Source: a bacterium (GTDB lineage Bacteria > UBA8248). Taken from it: a stretch of 64,000 bases of DNA. Shown here piece after piece: positions 37,524 to 47,249 of this stretch. The notes beneath the pieces are model-generated. The model was not told the DNA's origin. It ran no database searches and saw only the letters and a list, made by a program, of their open reading frames with translations. Made by a program: the position numbers and the translations under genes. The stretch is taken from contig OZ244799.1 in assembly GCA_965219955.1 (NCBI GenBank), forward strand, positions 128,001-192,000. Direction: 5' to 3'. How positions within the stretch are numbered: position 1 is the stretch's first letter; the number at the start of each line of letters is the position of its first letter.

Positions 37524-38899
37524 GCGATCACACCGGGGCGCGCGTGATGGTGGTGGACGACAAGCGCGGCAGCCGCGAGGCCCTTCAGAAGATGATCGCC
37601 AAGGAGGGGTTCGACGTCGCCATGGCGCACGACGCGGAAACCGCCGCCGAGATGTTCGGCGCCGATCCCGTGAATCTGGTGATCACCGATCTCAGAATGC
37701 CCGGGATGGACGGCATCGGTCTGCTCAAGGAGGTGAAGCGGCTCAGCCCGGATACGGAAGTGATTCTCATCTCCGGCGCAGGGAACATCGAGTCGGCCGT
37801 CGAGGCGATGCGCGAGGGGGCGTATGACTTTCTCACCAAGCCTCTGGAGCGGGTGGTCGTCTTGAAGGCGATAGACAAGGCGCTCGAAAAACAGGCCCTC
37901 ATGCGCGAGAACGCGGATTTGAGGGCGCAGCTTCAGAGCCTCAGGGACACCTCCGGCATGATGGGGGACCACCCCTCGATTCGCCGGGTGAAGGACATGG
38001 TTCGCCAGGTCGCGCCGACCTCCGCCACGGTTCTGATCCTGGGCGAGAGCGGAACGGGCAAGGAACTGGTGGCGAACGCCCTCCACGAGGGGAGCGAGAG
38101 GGCGGGCAAGGCGATGGTGAAGGTGAACTGCGCGGCGCTTCCGGAAACGCTCCTCGAGAGCGAACTCTTCGGCTACGAGCGCGGGGCGTTCACGGGCGCC
38201 GTGGGCCGCAAGGAGGGCCGCTTCCGGATCGCGCACGAGGGCACGCTGTTTCTCGATGAAATCGGGGATATGCCCCTCGTTTTGCAGCCGAAGATTCTCC
38301 GCGTCCTTCAGGAGGGAGAATTCGAGCGCGTCGGCGGAACGGAGACCTTGAAGGTGGACGCGCGAATCGTGGCTTCGACCAACGCGGACTTACAATCCGC
38401 CGTGGCCGAGAAGAGGTTTCGCGAGGATCTCTACTATCGTCTGAACGTGATCACCATCCACATGCCCGCGCTCAGGGATCGGCGAAGCGACATTCCGCTG
38501 CTCGCCGAACATTTCCTCCAGCGCTTCGCCGCGAAGAACAACCGGCCCGTTCTCGCGTTCTCGCGCGAGGCGCTTGGTGCGATGTCGAACTACCATTGGC
38601 CGGGAAACGTGCGGGAACTCGAAAACATGGTGGAGCGCGCCGTGGTGCTGGGCCGCGGAGAGATTCTCTCGGTGGATGATTTGCCTGCGCAAATCGCCCG
38701 GGGCGAGTCCACGAACGGGGAGCAGTCCGTGGCGTCGGACTCGCCGCTCATCAACCTGGAAGTCGGCACCCCGCTCGCGGAAGTCGAGCGTCGGGTCATT
38801 CTGGAGACCCTCCGGCATACGGGCGGCGACAAGAGCGCCGCCGCACGCCTCCTGGGTATCGCCACGCGCACCATTTACCGGAAGCTGGACGGGAGTTGA
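37520..38899 (+). CDS. Sigma54-dependent NtrC-family response regulator
   Basis: Receiver domain (ITDLRMPGMDG), GESGTGKE, ESELFG, GAFTGA, LFLDEIG, WPGNVREL and C-terminal Fis-type HTH. Confidence 0.95.
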   Translation: MSDHTGARVMVVDDKRGSREALQKMIAKEGFDVAMAHDAETAAEMFGADPVNLVITDLRMPGMDGIGLLKEVKRLSPDTEVILISGAGNIESAVEAMREGAYDFLTKPLERVVVLKAIDKALEKQALMRENADLRAQLQSLRDTSGMMGDHPSIRRVKDMVRQVAPTSATVLILGESGTGKELVANALHEGSERAGKAMVKVNCAALPETLLESELFGYERGAFTGAVGRKEGRFRIAHEGTLFLDEIGDMPLVLQPKILRVLQEGEFERVGGTETLKVDARIVASTNADLQSAVAEKRFREDLYYRLNVITIHMPALRDRRSDIPLLAEHFLQRFAAKNNRPVLAFSREALGAMSNYHWPGNVRELENMVERAVVLGRGEILSVDDLPAQIARGESTNGEQSVASDSPLINLEVGTPLAEVERRVILETLRHTGGDKSAAARLLGIATRTIYRKLDGS

Positions 38900-38969
38900 T
38901 CGCCCGCGCATTCGCGCGATGCGCCTGTCTCATCGGCAATGGACGGATTCGGGCGAACCCTCCCTCATC

Positions 38970-39249
38970 GGGGTTTTTGAAAAATCCCGTCTGTGACCCC
39001 CGCAAACCGCCAACGCCTCTTTCCTCACCCTGAGTAGCCGCCGAAGGCGGCGTATCGAAGGGCGAGGGGAGTCGAACGCTTCGCGCCGGGACGGAGCAAT
39101 CGCTTCCGGATTGGGCGCGATTGACCTTCGATACGGCGCTTCCGTGCCTACTCAGGATGAGGGGTGTCGGGGAACGGCGGAGCCTGTCCCGAGCGAAGTC
39201 GAGGGGCCGCTACTCTGGATGAGGCGGAGAGGGGTTTTTCAACAGCCCC
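38970..39249. mobile_element. MITE-like element with REP cassettes
   Basis: Ends GGGGTTTTTGAAAAA and TTTTTCAACAGCCCC; contains a CCTCACCCTGAGTAGCCGCCGAAGGCGGCG / CTACTCAGGATGAGG pair; no clear target duplication. Confidence 0.62.
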
Positions 39250-39300
39250 ATATGTGACCCCTGCAAAACCGAACCCGCGCGCCTCAAATTGGGTTTCGCC

Positions 39301-39634
39301 CGTCATTCCGGCATTCGCCGGAATGACGATCAAAAACCATCGTTCTTCATTCGTGAACTCTCAGGGCGCATCGGGAGCCCGCCTCGAACGCGCCGAGGGG
39401 AAGCCTTTTTCGAGGGGGTCGGAACATGGCCCTTCGATACGCCGCCTTCGGCGGCTACTCAGGGTGAGGCCGGTATGGCGGTTGCTCAGGGTGAGGAAAA
39501 AAATTGTGGCGGCTGCCCGGGACGGGGGGAACGCGCCCGCCTTGGAGACCGTAGGGGCGGACTTGGGTGTCCGCCCCATCGTCGTTTCGCGGGTGTTCGC
39601 ATCCGCAAGGGAGAGCACACGGGTTCTCCCCTAC
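39301..39634. repeat. Cluster of REP-like hairpins of three classes
   Basis: CGTCATTCCGGCATTCGCCGGAATGACG (39301-39328), CCTTCGATACGCCGCCTTCGGCGGCTACTCAGGGTGAGG, and GTAGGGGCGGAC...CCCCTAC. Confidence 0.75.
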
Positions 39635-39784
39635 GCAACCACACCTTCCGTGCGGCGCGCCGTCCCTCCCCGTCTCGGGCGCAAAATATCCATACGCCGA
39701 ATCGCGGACGCGGGGGAGTTCGGCGACCCCTCCATGAGCGGGTTGTGGTAAGGTGTGGCGCGGGAATTTTCTGGGGGTTCGCCG

Positions 39785-40438
39785 ATGCGCGGTCGTTTCA
39801 TCACGTTCGAGGGTGTGGAGGGTTGCGGCAAGTCGACCCAGATGGGGTGCCTGCTGGAATGGATGGAGAAGGCGGGGCTCCCGGTTCTCGCCACGCGCGA
39901 GCCCGGCGGCACGAAAGTCGGGGAGGGTATTCGCGAGTTGCTCCTCACCCCGCGCGAGGAGGGTCTCGACGCCGGGGCGGAACTCCTGCTCTACGAGGCG
40001 GCGCGCGCGCAGCACGTGGGCGAGGTGATCCGGCCGGCCCTGGAGGCGGGCACCCACGTTCTCTGCGACCGGTTCTTCGACTCCACCACGGCCTACCAGG
40101 CGTTCGGGCGGGGGCTGGACGAGGAGATGGTGCTGGAACTCAACCGGTTGGCGAGCGGGGGGCTCGTTCCCGATCTCACGCTTTTGTTCTCCGTGGCGAT
40201 TGAGGAAGGCCTCGGCCGCGCGCGCGGCGATAGCGCGGGCGACCGGCTCGAAGGCGAGAGTCTGGCGTTTCACCGCAAGGTGCAGGCGGGCTTCGAGGCG
40301 CTGGCGCAGTGCGAGCCCGGGCGGTTCCGCGTCCTGGACGAGGGCGCGATTGAACAGGTGCACGAAGAGGTGGTGAGCATCGTAAAGGAAAGATTCGAAT
40401 GGGCTGGGAATCCATCCGCGGCCAGGACGCGGCCCTAG
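39785..40438 (+). CDS. tmk: Thymidylate kinase
   Basis: FITFEGVEGCGKST, TREPGGT and LCDRFFDSTTAYQ motifs. Confidence 0.96.
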   Translation: MRGRFITFEGVEGCGKSTQMGCLLEWMEKAGLPVLATREPGGTKVGEGIRELLLTPREEGLDAGAELLLYEAARAQHVGEVIRPALEAGTHVLCDRFFDSTTAYQAFGRGLDEEMVLELNRLASGGLVPDLTLLFSVAIEEGLGRARGDSAGDRLEGESLAFHRKVQAGFEALAQCEPGRFRVLDEGAIEQVHEEVVSIVKERFEWAGNPSAARTRP

Positions 40439-41424
40439 ACCTCCTGCGCAGGGACTTATCCTCCGGGCAGGCGGCGGGCGCTTACCTGTTTTACGGGCCC
40501 GACGGGGTCGGCAAGGCGAGCGCGGCGCGGCTGTTCGCCCGGGCCCTGCAATGCGCGGGAGATGCTCCTCCATGCGGGGGCTGTGCGGCGTGCGGGAAGG
40601 TTCTCGCGAACGCACACCCCGACCTCGTCTCCATCCGCCCGGCCGCGGGGTCTCGCTCCATCAAGGCGGAGGAGATCAGGGAGGAGGTGATCCGGCGCGC
40701 CCATCAGCGTCCCAACGAGGGGATGCGGCAGATTTTCATCATCGAAGACGCCCATCTGCTGACGCGGGTCAGCCAGAACGCCCTGCTCAAGACGCTGGAA
40801 GAGCCGAACGCGGCCACGATTCTGATTCTGGTGACGCCGAACCTCCACACCCTGCTGCCGACGATCATCTCGCGTTGCCGCAGGCTCAGGTTCCAGGCCC
40901 TGTCGCGAGCGGACCTGGCCGCCATTCTCGGGGAGCGACTGGGGGAGGAGGGCGCGGACGTGGACAAGCTCGTCTCCCTCAGCATGGGCAGGCTGGGCGT
41001 CGCCATGACTTCCGACGTCGAGGCCCTCTCGGGGCGCCGGGACGGGGCGATGAGGTTCCTGGAGGAATTGAGCGCGCCGCCCGGCCGGGCGGACGAGGTG
41101 ACCCTCATCACGCTCGCCTCCGAGCGGGCGGGAAGCGGGGCTTCGGGCAGAAACGAAACAATTCTCTTTTTGGAAATGCTTCGCGGGCTGCTTCGCGATA
41201 TACTCATCACCCGGGAAGCGCCCGAGGCGATAGATTTGTGGCACACGGACATTCGGGCGGCGTTGGCCGCCATGGGAGAGCGCTGGGGAAGCGCAGGCCT
41301 GACCCGTGCCCTCGATAGGGTGGGGGAGGCCATGCGCGACGTGGGCGGCGGGAATACCAACCCGTCCCTGACGCTCGAGACTTTGGTATATTCCCTGCGG
41401 GAGACGGTTCCCGCCGGGGTTTGA
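40399..41424 (+). CDS. holB: DNA polymerase III subunit delta'
   Basis: GPDGVGK, PCGGCAAC, HPD, NALLKTLEEP and LLPTIISRC motifs; tmk-holB synteny. Confidence 0.93.
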   Translation: MGWESIRGQDAALDLLRRDLSSGQAAGAYLFYGPDGVGKASAARLFARALQCAGDAPPCGGCAACGKVLANAHPDLVSIRPAAGSRSIKAEEIREEVIRRAHQRPNEGMRQIFIIEDAHLLTRVSQNALLKTLEEPNAATILILVTPNLHTLLPTIISRCRRLRFQALSRADLAAILGERLGEEGADVDKLVSLSMGRLGVAMTSDVEALSGRRDGAMRFLEELSAPPGRADEVTLITLASERAGSGASGRNETILFLEMLRGLLRDILITREAPEAIDLWHTDIRAALAAMGERWGSAGLTRALDRVGEAMRDVGGGNTNPSLTLETLVYSLRETVPAGV

Positions 41425-41433
41425 GGTGAGCGA

Positions 41434-42372
41434 ATGAGTGAAACATCGAATGGCGGCGTCGCCGTCGAGGCGCCGCCCGAGACGCGCAAGATCGGCGTGG
41501 TCGGGGTCAAGACGCGCTTCGGCGCGCGGCCGGTACACCACACCTACGGGGCATTGCGCCTTCGGGTCGGCATGAAGGTCATGGTCAAGACCAGGAGCGG
41601 GGATACGGAGTTCGGCGAGATTTCCGAAAACCCCCGGGTCATGGATTCGCGCTATTATCCCGAGTCCCTCCCCGAGGTGCTGCGGACGGCCACCGAGGAT
41701 GACGAGAAAAAAGTGGCCCGCACCGAGGCGAACGAGAAGAGCGCCTATGATTTCTGCCGGATGAAGATATCCGAGCTCAAACTGCCCATGCGCCTCATCG
41801 AGGTCCGCTACATTCACTCGAACAAGAAGGCGACGTTTTATTTCTCCTCCGACGGCCGCGTGGATTTCCGCAAGCTGGTGCGGATACTCGCCGAGCGACT
41901 CTCCGTCCGCGTGGAGATGCGCCAGATCGGCGTGCGCGACGAGGCGGGCATGAAGGGCGGCTGCGGGGATTGCGGGCGCACCTATTGCTGCAGCTCCTTT
42001 CTCAAGTCGTTCGATCCCATTTCCGTCCGCATGGCGAAGGACCAGAACCTGAGCCTGAACCCCGTCAAGCTCTCCGGCGGCTGCGGGCGGCTCAAGTGCT
42101 GCCTCCGCTTCGAGCATTCCCACTACGTGTCGGTGAAGAAGAAATTGCCGGCGTGCAAGAAGAAAGTCGGCGGCTGCGACTGCGGCGCGACCGTCGTGCG
42201 CCAGGACCTGCTCAAGGAAGAGGTGACCCTGGCTCTCGAGACGGGAGACTTCATGACGGTGCGCGCGGAGGATCTCATGCGCTTGCCTACGGGCCAGTTT
42301 TCTCTTAAAACCGGCGTCCAGAACGATACGTCCCTAAACGTCCTGCCCAAGGAAAACGGCCCCAGACGATGA
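41434..42372 (+). CDS. ricT: PSP1-domain protein (RicT/YaaT family)
   Basis: RVDFRKLVR, EMRQIGVRDEA, CGRTYCC and KLSGGCGRLKCCLRFE motifs. Confidence 0.88.
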   Translation: MSETSNGGVAVEAPPETRKIGVVGVKTRFGARPVHHTYGALRLRVGMKVMVKTRSGDTEFGEISENPRVMDSRYYPESLPEVLRTATEDDEKKVARTEANEKSAYDFCRMKISELKLPMRLIEVRYIHSNKKATFYFSSDGRVDFRKLVRILAERLSVRVEMRQIGVRDEAGMKGGCGDCGRTYCCSSFLKSFDPISVRMAKDQNLSLNPVKLSGGCGRLKCCLRFEHSHYVSVKKKLPACKKKVGGCDCGATVVRQDLLKEEVTLALETGDFMTVRAEDLMRLPTGQFSLKTGVQNDTSLNVLPKENGPRR

Positions 42373-44318
42373 GCCAAAAACCATTTTACGTCTCCACGCC
42401 GATTTATTACGTCAACGACAAGCCGCACCTCGGCCATGCCTACACGACGGTGGCGTGCGACGCCAAGGCCCGCTTCCACAGGCTGCGCGGCGAGCCGACG
42501 CAGTTTCTCACCGGAACCGACGAGCACGGCCAGAAGCTCGAGCGCGCGGCCCGCGAGGCCGGCATGGACCCCCTGGCGTTCTGCGACATGAACAGCGCGA
42601 AATTCCGCGAACTCTGGGAGAAGCTCGACATCTCCTATGACGATTACATCCGCACGACCGAGGAGCGTCACATTCGCGGCGTGCAGGAACTCTGGCGGCG
42701 CGTGGAGGCGGCGGGCGACATCTACCTGGGCGCCTACGCCGGCTGGTACGCCGTCCGGGACGAGGCGTTCTATACCGAGAGCGAACTCACCGAAGGCCCC
42801 GGCGGCGTGAAACTCGCGCCCACGGGCGCAGAGGTCGAATGGGTGGAGGAGCCGAGCTATTTCTTCCGCCTGAGCAAGTACGCCGAGCCGCTTCTGGAGT
42901 ATTACGAGAAGCATCCCCGGTTCGTTCAGCCCGAGAGCAGAAGAAACGAGGTGATGAGCTTCGTGCGCGGCGGCCTCAAGGACCTCTCGCTCTCGCGCAC
43001 GAGCTTTCAGTGGGGAATCCCCGTGCCGGGGGATGAGAAGCACGTGATCTACGTGTGGTTCGACGCGCTGAGCAACTACCTGACCGCTCCGGGCTTCGAT
43101 GAGAACGGGGTTCGCGAGGGAAGCCCCTGGCCGACGGATCAGCACTTCATCGGCAAGGACATCCTGAGGTTCCACGCGGTCTACTGGCCGGCCTTTCTGC
43201 TCTCCGCAGGCGTCCCGCTGCCCGGCCAGGTCTTCAGTCACGGGTGGTGGACGGTCGAGGGCCAGAAGATGTCCAAGAGCCTGGGCAACGCGGTCGACCC
43301 GCACTGGCTCATCGAGGAATACGGCGTCGACGCCATCCGCTATTTCCTGCTCAAGGAGATTCCCTTCGGGCTGGACGGGGATTTCTCCCACGGCGCGCTG
43401 ATCGACCGCATCAACAGCGATCTGGCGAACGATCTGGGCAACCTGCTCTACCGCACCCTGAACATGGTGAAGCGCTACAGCGAGGGCCGGCTGGAGCGCT
43501 CCCCGGCGGGCGAAACCGAGGCGGAGAGCGCGTTTTGCGAGTTCGTCGCCGATGCGGCCGCGCGATACGAGCGCGGCATGACGGCCACGCACTTTCAGCA
43601 TGGCCTGAGAGCCGCCTGGGAGGTGATTTCCTCCGCCAACAAATACATCGACTCGAGCGCCCCCTGGACGCTGGCGAAAGAGAACAGCGAGGCCCGCCTG
43701 AATTCCGTGCTCTGGCACGCCGTGGCGGCGATTCGCGTCGTCGCGGCCATGATTTCGCCCGTCATGCCCGCCTCAGCAGAGAAGATAGCGGCGCAAATCG
43801 GGCTGGCCGGGGATTGGGCGAGCGCGCCTTATCCGGAATTGATGGACATGCGGAGGCTGCCGGAGGAGTTGGTCACCAACATCGGCGCTCCCCTTTTCCC
43901 GCGCATCGAGGATGAGGCGAAAGAAGCCATTCAGGAGAAGGTGGCCCGCCGCATCGCCGGCGGGGCCGATGCCGCGCCTCAGGAAGATGAGAAAGAAGAG
44001 ATATCCTTCGAGGAATTTCAAAAGATGGATTTGCGCGCCGCGCAGGTCCTGGAGGCCGAGCGGATACCCAAGTCGAAGAACCTGCTGAAGCTCACCGTTT
44101 CCCTGGGAGGGGAAACCCGAACCGTCGTGGCGGGTCTGGCGAAACACTACGCGCCCGAGGATTTGGTGGATCGTAAGGTGATCCTGGTGGCCAACCTCGC
44201 GCCCGCCAGGCTCATGGGCGTGGAATCGCAGGGCATGGTCCTCGCGGCCGAAGACGGCGAGCATCTCCTGCTCGCGGGCGTGGACGAGACGGTAACGCCG
44301 GGCGCGCCGATCCGGTAG
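42369..44318 (+). CDS. metG: Methionine--tRNA ligase with C-terminal tRNA-binding domain
   Basis: PIYYVNDKPHLGH, GTDEHGQK, YVWFDAL, KMSKS and C-terminal ESQGMVL motifs. Confidence 0.97.
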   Translation: MSQKPFYVSTPIYYVNDKPHLGHAYTTVACDAKARFHRLRGEPTQFLTGTDEHGQKLERAAREAGMDPLAFCDMNSAKFRELWEKLDISYDDYIRTTEERHIRGVQELWRRVEAAGDIYLGAYAGWYAVRDEAFYTESELTEGPGGVKLAPTGAEVEWVEEPSYFFRLSKYAEPLLEYYEKHPRFVQPESRRNEVMSFVRGGLKDLSLSRTSFQWGIPVPGDEKHVIYVWFDALSNYLTAPGFDENGVREGSPWPTDQHFIGKDILRFHAVYWPAFLLSAGVPLPGQVFSHGWWTVEGQKMSKSLGNAVDPHWLIEEYGVDAIRYFLLKEIPFGLDGDFSHGALIDRINSDLANDLGNLLYRTLNMVKRYSEGRLERSPAGETEAESAFCEFVADAAARYERGMTATHFQHGLRAAWEVISSANKYIDSSAPWTLAKENSEARLNSVLWHAVAAIRVVAAMISPVMPASAEKIAAQIGLAGDWASAPYPELMDMRRLPEELVTNIGAPLFPRIEDEAKEAIQEKVARRIAGGADAAPQEDEKEEISFEEFQKMDLRAAQVLEAERIPKSKNLLKLTVSLGGETRTVVAGLAKHYAPEDLVDRKVILVANLAPARLMGVESQGMVLAAEDGEHLLLAGVDETVTPGAPIR

Positions 44319-44356
44319 CGACGAGACGACCCGCCCGGGAGATTGGAGTTTGTGGA

Positions 44357-46087
44357 GTGAACGAATCTATGGAATCCGGGCCGGATTCATCCGGCGATAA
44401 GGACTCATTCGCGGGCAAGGACAGAAGGGGACGCTCCCAGCGCCGCAGAAGAAGACGCGGCCGGAGGGGCGGAAAACGTCCGGAACACAAAGAAAATCAG
44501 AATACATCCGGGAGAGCCGAACCCGCCGCGCAATCGCAAAACGGGGAGAAAGCCGCCCAGCGCCCTGAAAACGGGGGCGCGCGCGACCCCGATTCCCGGC
44601 GCAGGCGAGGCGGGCGCAAGGGGAGGAACCGCTCGCGCGGGGAGCGGAGGCAACGGCCCAAACCCCAGGTCATCATCGCCGATCTGCCCGATACGAACGG
44701 CGCGCCCGTTCTGGTGGACACCCACGCCCATCTCATCGACAAGGCGTTCGATCCGGATCGCCAGGGGGCGGTGGAGCGCGCCATCGAGGAGAGGGTGCAC
44801 TACATCATATCGATGGGCACCTGCCTGGAGTCGAGCCGCCAAACCCTCGACCTGGCAGCCTCCTACGCCGGCGTCTACGCGGCGGTCGGCGTTCATCCGA
44901 GCGACGTCAAGGACGTGAACGAGCGGACCATCCGGGAGATCGCCAGGCTCGCGGAGGAACCCAAAGCGGTGGCCGTCGGCGAGATCGGGCTGGACTACTA
45001 CCGCGAGGGCGCCCCGCGCAAGACCCAGCGCAGGTGGTTCCGGGAGCAAATCAGGGTGGCCGTCGATGTGGGCAAGCCCATCGTCGTCCATTGCCGCGAC
45101 TCTGCGGATGACATCTATGAGGTTCTGGAAGAAGAAAAGGCGTGGCGCGCGGGCGGCGTCATCCACTGCTTCACGGGCGATGACGAGCAGGCCCGGAAAT
45201 TCCTGGACATCGATTTTCACCTGGGCGCGGGCGGGGCCATCACCTTTTCGCGCTCGGAAGAGTTGAGGGAAGTCTTCGAGCGGGTTCCCGTAGAGCGCGT
45301 GCTGCTCGAGACGGACAGTCCCTATCTCGCCCCGCCGCCGCACCGGGGCAAGCGGAACGAACCGGCCTACGTCGCTCGCGTGGCGGAGACCCTGGCCGAG
45401 CTCCACGGAATAACGACGGAGGAGGTCACGCGCCTCACCACCGAGAATGTGCGCCGCCTGTTCGGGATAGGGCCGGAGCCTGATGGGGGGAGCATCGCCT
45501 ACGCGGTCGGCGAGACGCTCTACCTCAACGTGACGAACGATTGCCAGAATTCGTGTTTTTTCTGCGGGCTCCTGAGCGATTGCGTCTACAAGGGCCACAA
45601 TCTGAAACTCGAAAAAGACCCCGACGCGGCTGAGGTGCTCGCCGCCGCCGGCGACCCGACCCGCTTCGCCGAGGTCGTCTTCAGCGGATTCGGCGAGCCG
45701 ACGCTCAGGCTCGACGTGGTGAAGGAGGTGGCCGGCGAACTCAAGCGCCGCGGCGCCAGGCGGATCCGCCTGGTGACGAACGGGCTCGCGAACAAGACGC
45801 ACGAGAGGAACATCCTGCCCGAGCTGGGCGGCCTCGTGGACGCGATATCCATCAGCATGCAGGCGGAAAGCCCGGAAGCCTACGCGAAGGTCTGCAAGAC
45901 CAAAGACATCGAAGAACCCTACCCGCTGGTCAAGGAATTCGTGAGGTGGTCCAAGAACTACATCCCCGAGGTGGAGGTAACCGCCGTCAAGATGAGCGGC
46001 CTCATCGACATCGAAGCGTGCGAGAAGGTGGCGACGGAAGAACTGGGCGTGCCCTTCCGCGCGCATGATTACGTGAGGATGGATTAG
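44357..46087 (+). CDS. tatD: TatD nuclease fused to a TatD-associated radical SAM domain, with Arg-rich N-terminal extension
   Basis: VDTHAH, GEIGLDY, VHCR, IHCF and LETDSPYL (TatD); YLNVTNDCQNSCFFC (CxxxCxxC) and FSGFGEPT (radical SAM). Start uncertain. Confidence 0.88.
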   Translation: MNESMESGPDSSGDKDSFAGKDRRGRSQRRRRRRGRRGGKRPEHKENQNTSGRAEPAAQSQNGEKAAQRPENGGARDPDSRRRRGGRKGRNRSRGERRQRPKPQVIIADLPDTNGAPVLVDTHAHLIDKAFDPDRQGAVERAIEERVHYIISMGTCLESSRQTLDLAASYAGVYAAVGVHPSDVKDVNERTIREIARLAEEPKAVAVGEIGLDYYREGAPRKTQRRWFREQIRVAVDVGKPIVVHCRDSADDIYEVLEEEKAWRAGGVIHCFTGDDEQARKFLDIDFHLGAGGAITFSRSEELREVFERVPVERVLLETDSPYLAPPPHRGKRNEPAYVARVAETLAELHGITTEEVTRLTTENVRRLFGIGPEPDGGSIAYAVGETLYLNVTNDCQNSCFFCGLLSDCVYKGHNLKLEKDPDAAEVLAAAGDPTRFAEVVFSGFGEPTLRLDVVKEVAGELKRRGARRIRLVTNGLANKTHERNILPELGGLVDAISISMQAESPEAYAKVCKTKDIEEPYPLVKEFVRWSKNYIPEVEVTAVKMSGLIDIEACEKVATEELGVPFRAHDYVRMD

Positions 46088-46255
46088 GGGGGATAATTCC
46101 CAGCGGCAAAGAACATTGGAGTGATAGTTGTTTCAGGTGGTCAAACTAATCCCAGAGTCTCTCTCACAATTTGCTCTATGGGATGTGTATCCACCGCTTC
46201 TCGTGTTCGGAAAACTCCTTGTTCCCGATCATGATGTAAAGATAGAGACTATTGC

Positions 46256-47086
46256 ATGAGCAGTCTAACGGCCGTCGAGAAACTGTATCTTGAAAAAATT
46301 TTGGACATGGGTGGTGGCTATGTTCTGAATTTCACCGATGCGACATTCGCAGAGTTTTTTAAGCGCTATAAAGTTAACATTCATGGTAACCAATATCTGA
46401 CTTACGGCACATCCAAAGCCAAAAAAATGCGCGCATTTTGGGAGCGGGAATCAGATGCACTTGTTGGACGTGTTTTATCCGAAATGCTCGACAACTATGA
46501 GGCAGAATGCGACTTAAATGATCGCAAACGTGATAACGACTTACTCTTAAAGAGCCGAGAGATTGTTTCTAGGCTCTCCGGTAAAACAACTGCGGCAGAG
46601 CCCATGGCCGTCGAAGGCTTCATGAACAAGGACTTCGAAATACCAAATATTCGGAGATTACCTGTCGAACCCCATGTGGCCGATATCATTGATGGCCGAT
46701 TGAATGAAGCGCGGAAAGCTTTGTCGGCTGGCGCACATCTATCCGTTATTTTTCTGTGTGGCAGTGTTTTAGAGGGTGTTCTTGTTGGGGCAGCTCAGAA
46801 AGAACCCGAAAGATTTAACCGATCTAAAGTTGCTCCCTGTAAAGATGACGGCAAGGTAAAACCATTTCATGAATGGTCTCTAGCGCAGTTCATCGACATC
46901 GCATGTGACATAGGTTTATTGAAACCTGATGTTAAAAAATTCAGTCATGGGCTACGTGATTTTAGAAACTATATACATCCATACGAGCAAATGCTCTCAG
47001 GATTCACTCCTGATGAGCACACTGCTAAGCTTTGTTTCCAGACATTGAAAGCAGCTCTTGCCGACGTAGTTGGCGACCGCAAATGA
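46256..47086 (+). CDS. Predicted HEPN-domain protein with AbiJ-type N-terminal domain (putative defence toxin)
   Basis: Visibly AT-rich gene. N-terminal LEKILDMGGGYVLNFTD..F.EFF...GTSKAKKMRAF resembles AbiJ_NTD3 (from recall). C-terminal helical domain has CGSVLEGVL, WSLAQFID and RDFRNYIHP (R-x-x-x-H HEPN-like motif). Confidence 0.65.
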   Translation: MSSLTAVEKLYLEKILDMGGGYVLNFTDATFAEFFKRYKVNIHGNQYLTYGTSKAKKMRAFWERESDALVGRVLSEMLDNYEAECDLNDRKRDNDLLLKSREIVSRLSGKTTAAEPMAVEGFMNKDFEIPNIRRLPVEPHVADIIDGRLNEARKALSAGAHLSVIFLCGSVLEGVLVGAAQKEPERFNRSKVAPCKDDGKVKPFHEWSLAQFIDIACDIGLLKPDVKKFSHGLRDFRNYIHPYEQMLSGFTPDEHTAKLCFQTLKAALADVVGDRK

Positions 47087-47249
47087 CATCATAGCTGCTA
47101 ATCCACTAAGCGTCGTTAGATGCCTGAATCCGCAAGATATAATCCTTATCTTTGGGGTAAAATGCCCCCATGACTAACCAGCATTCCTCGAAAAGATTTC
47201 TCAAGCCTGACGGATGCAATCTGCAAATGATTATCTGGAACGCCCATAG

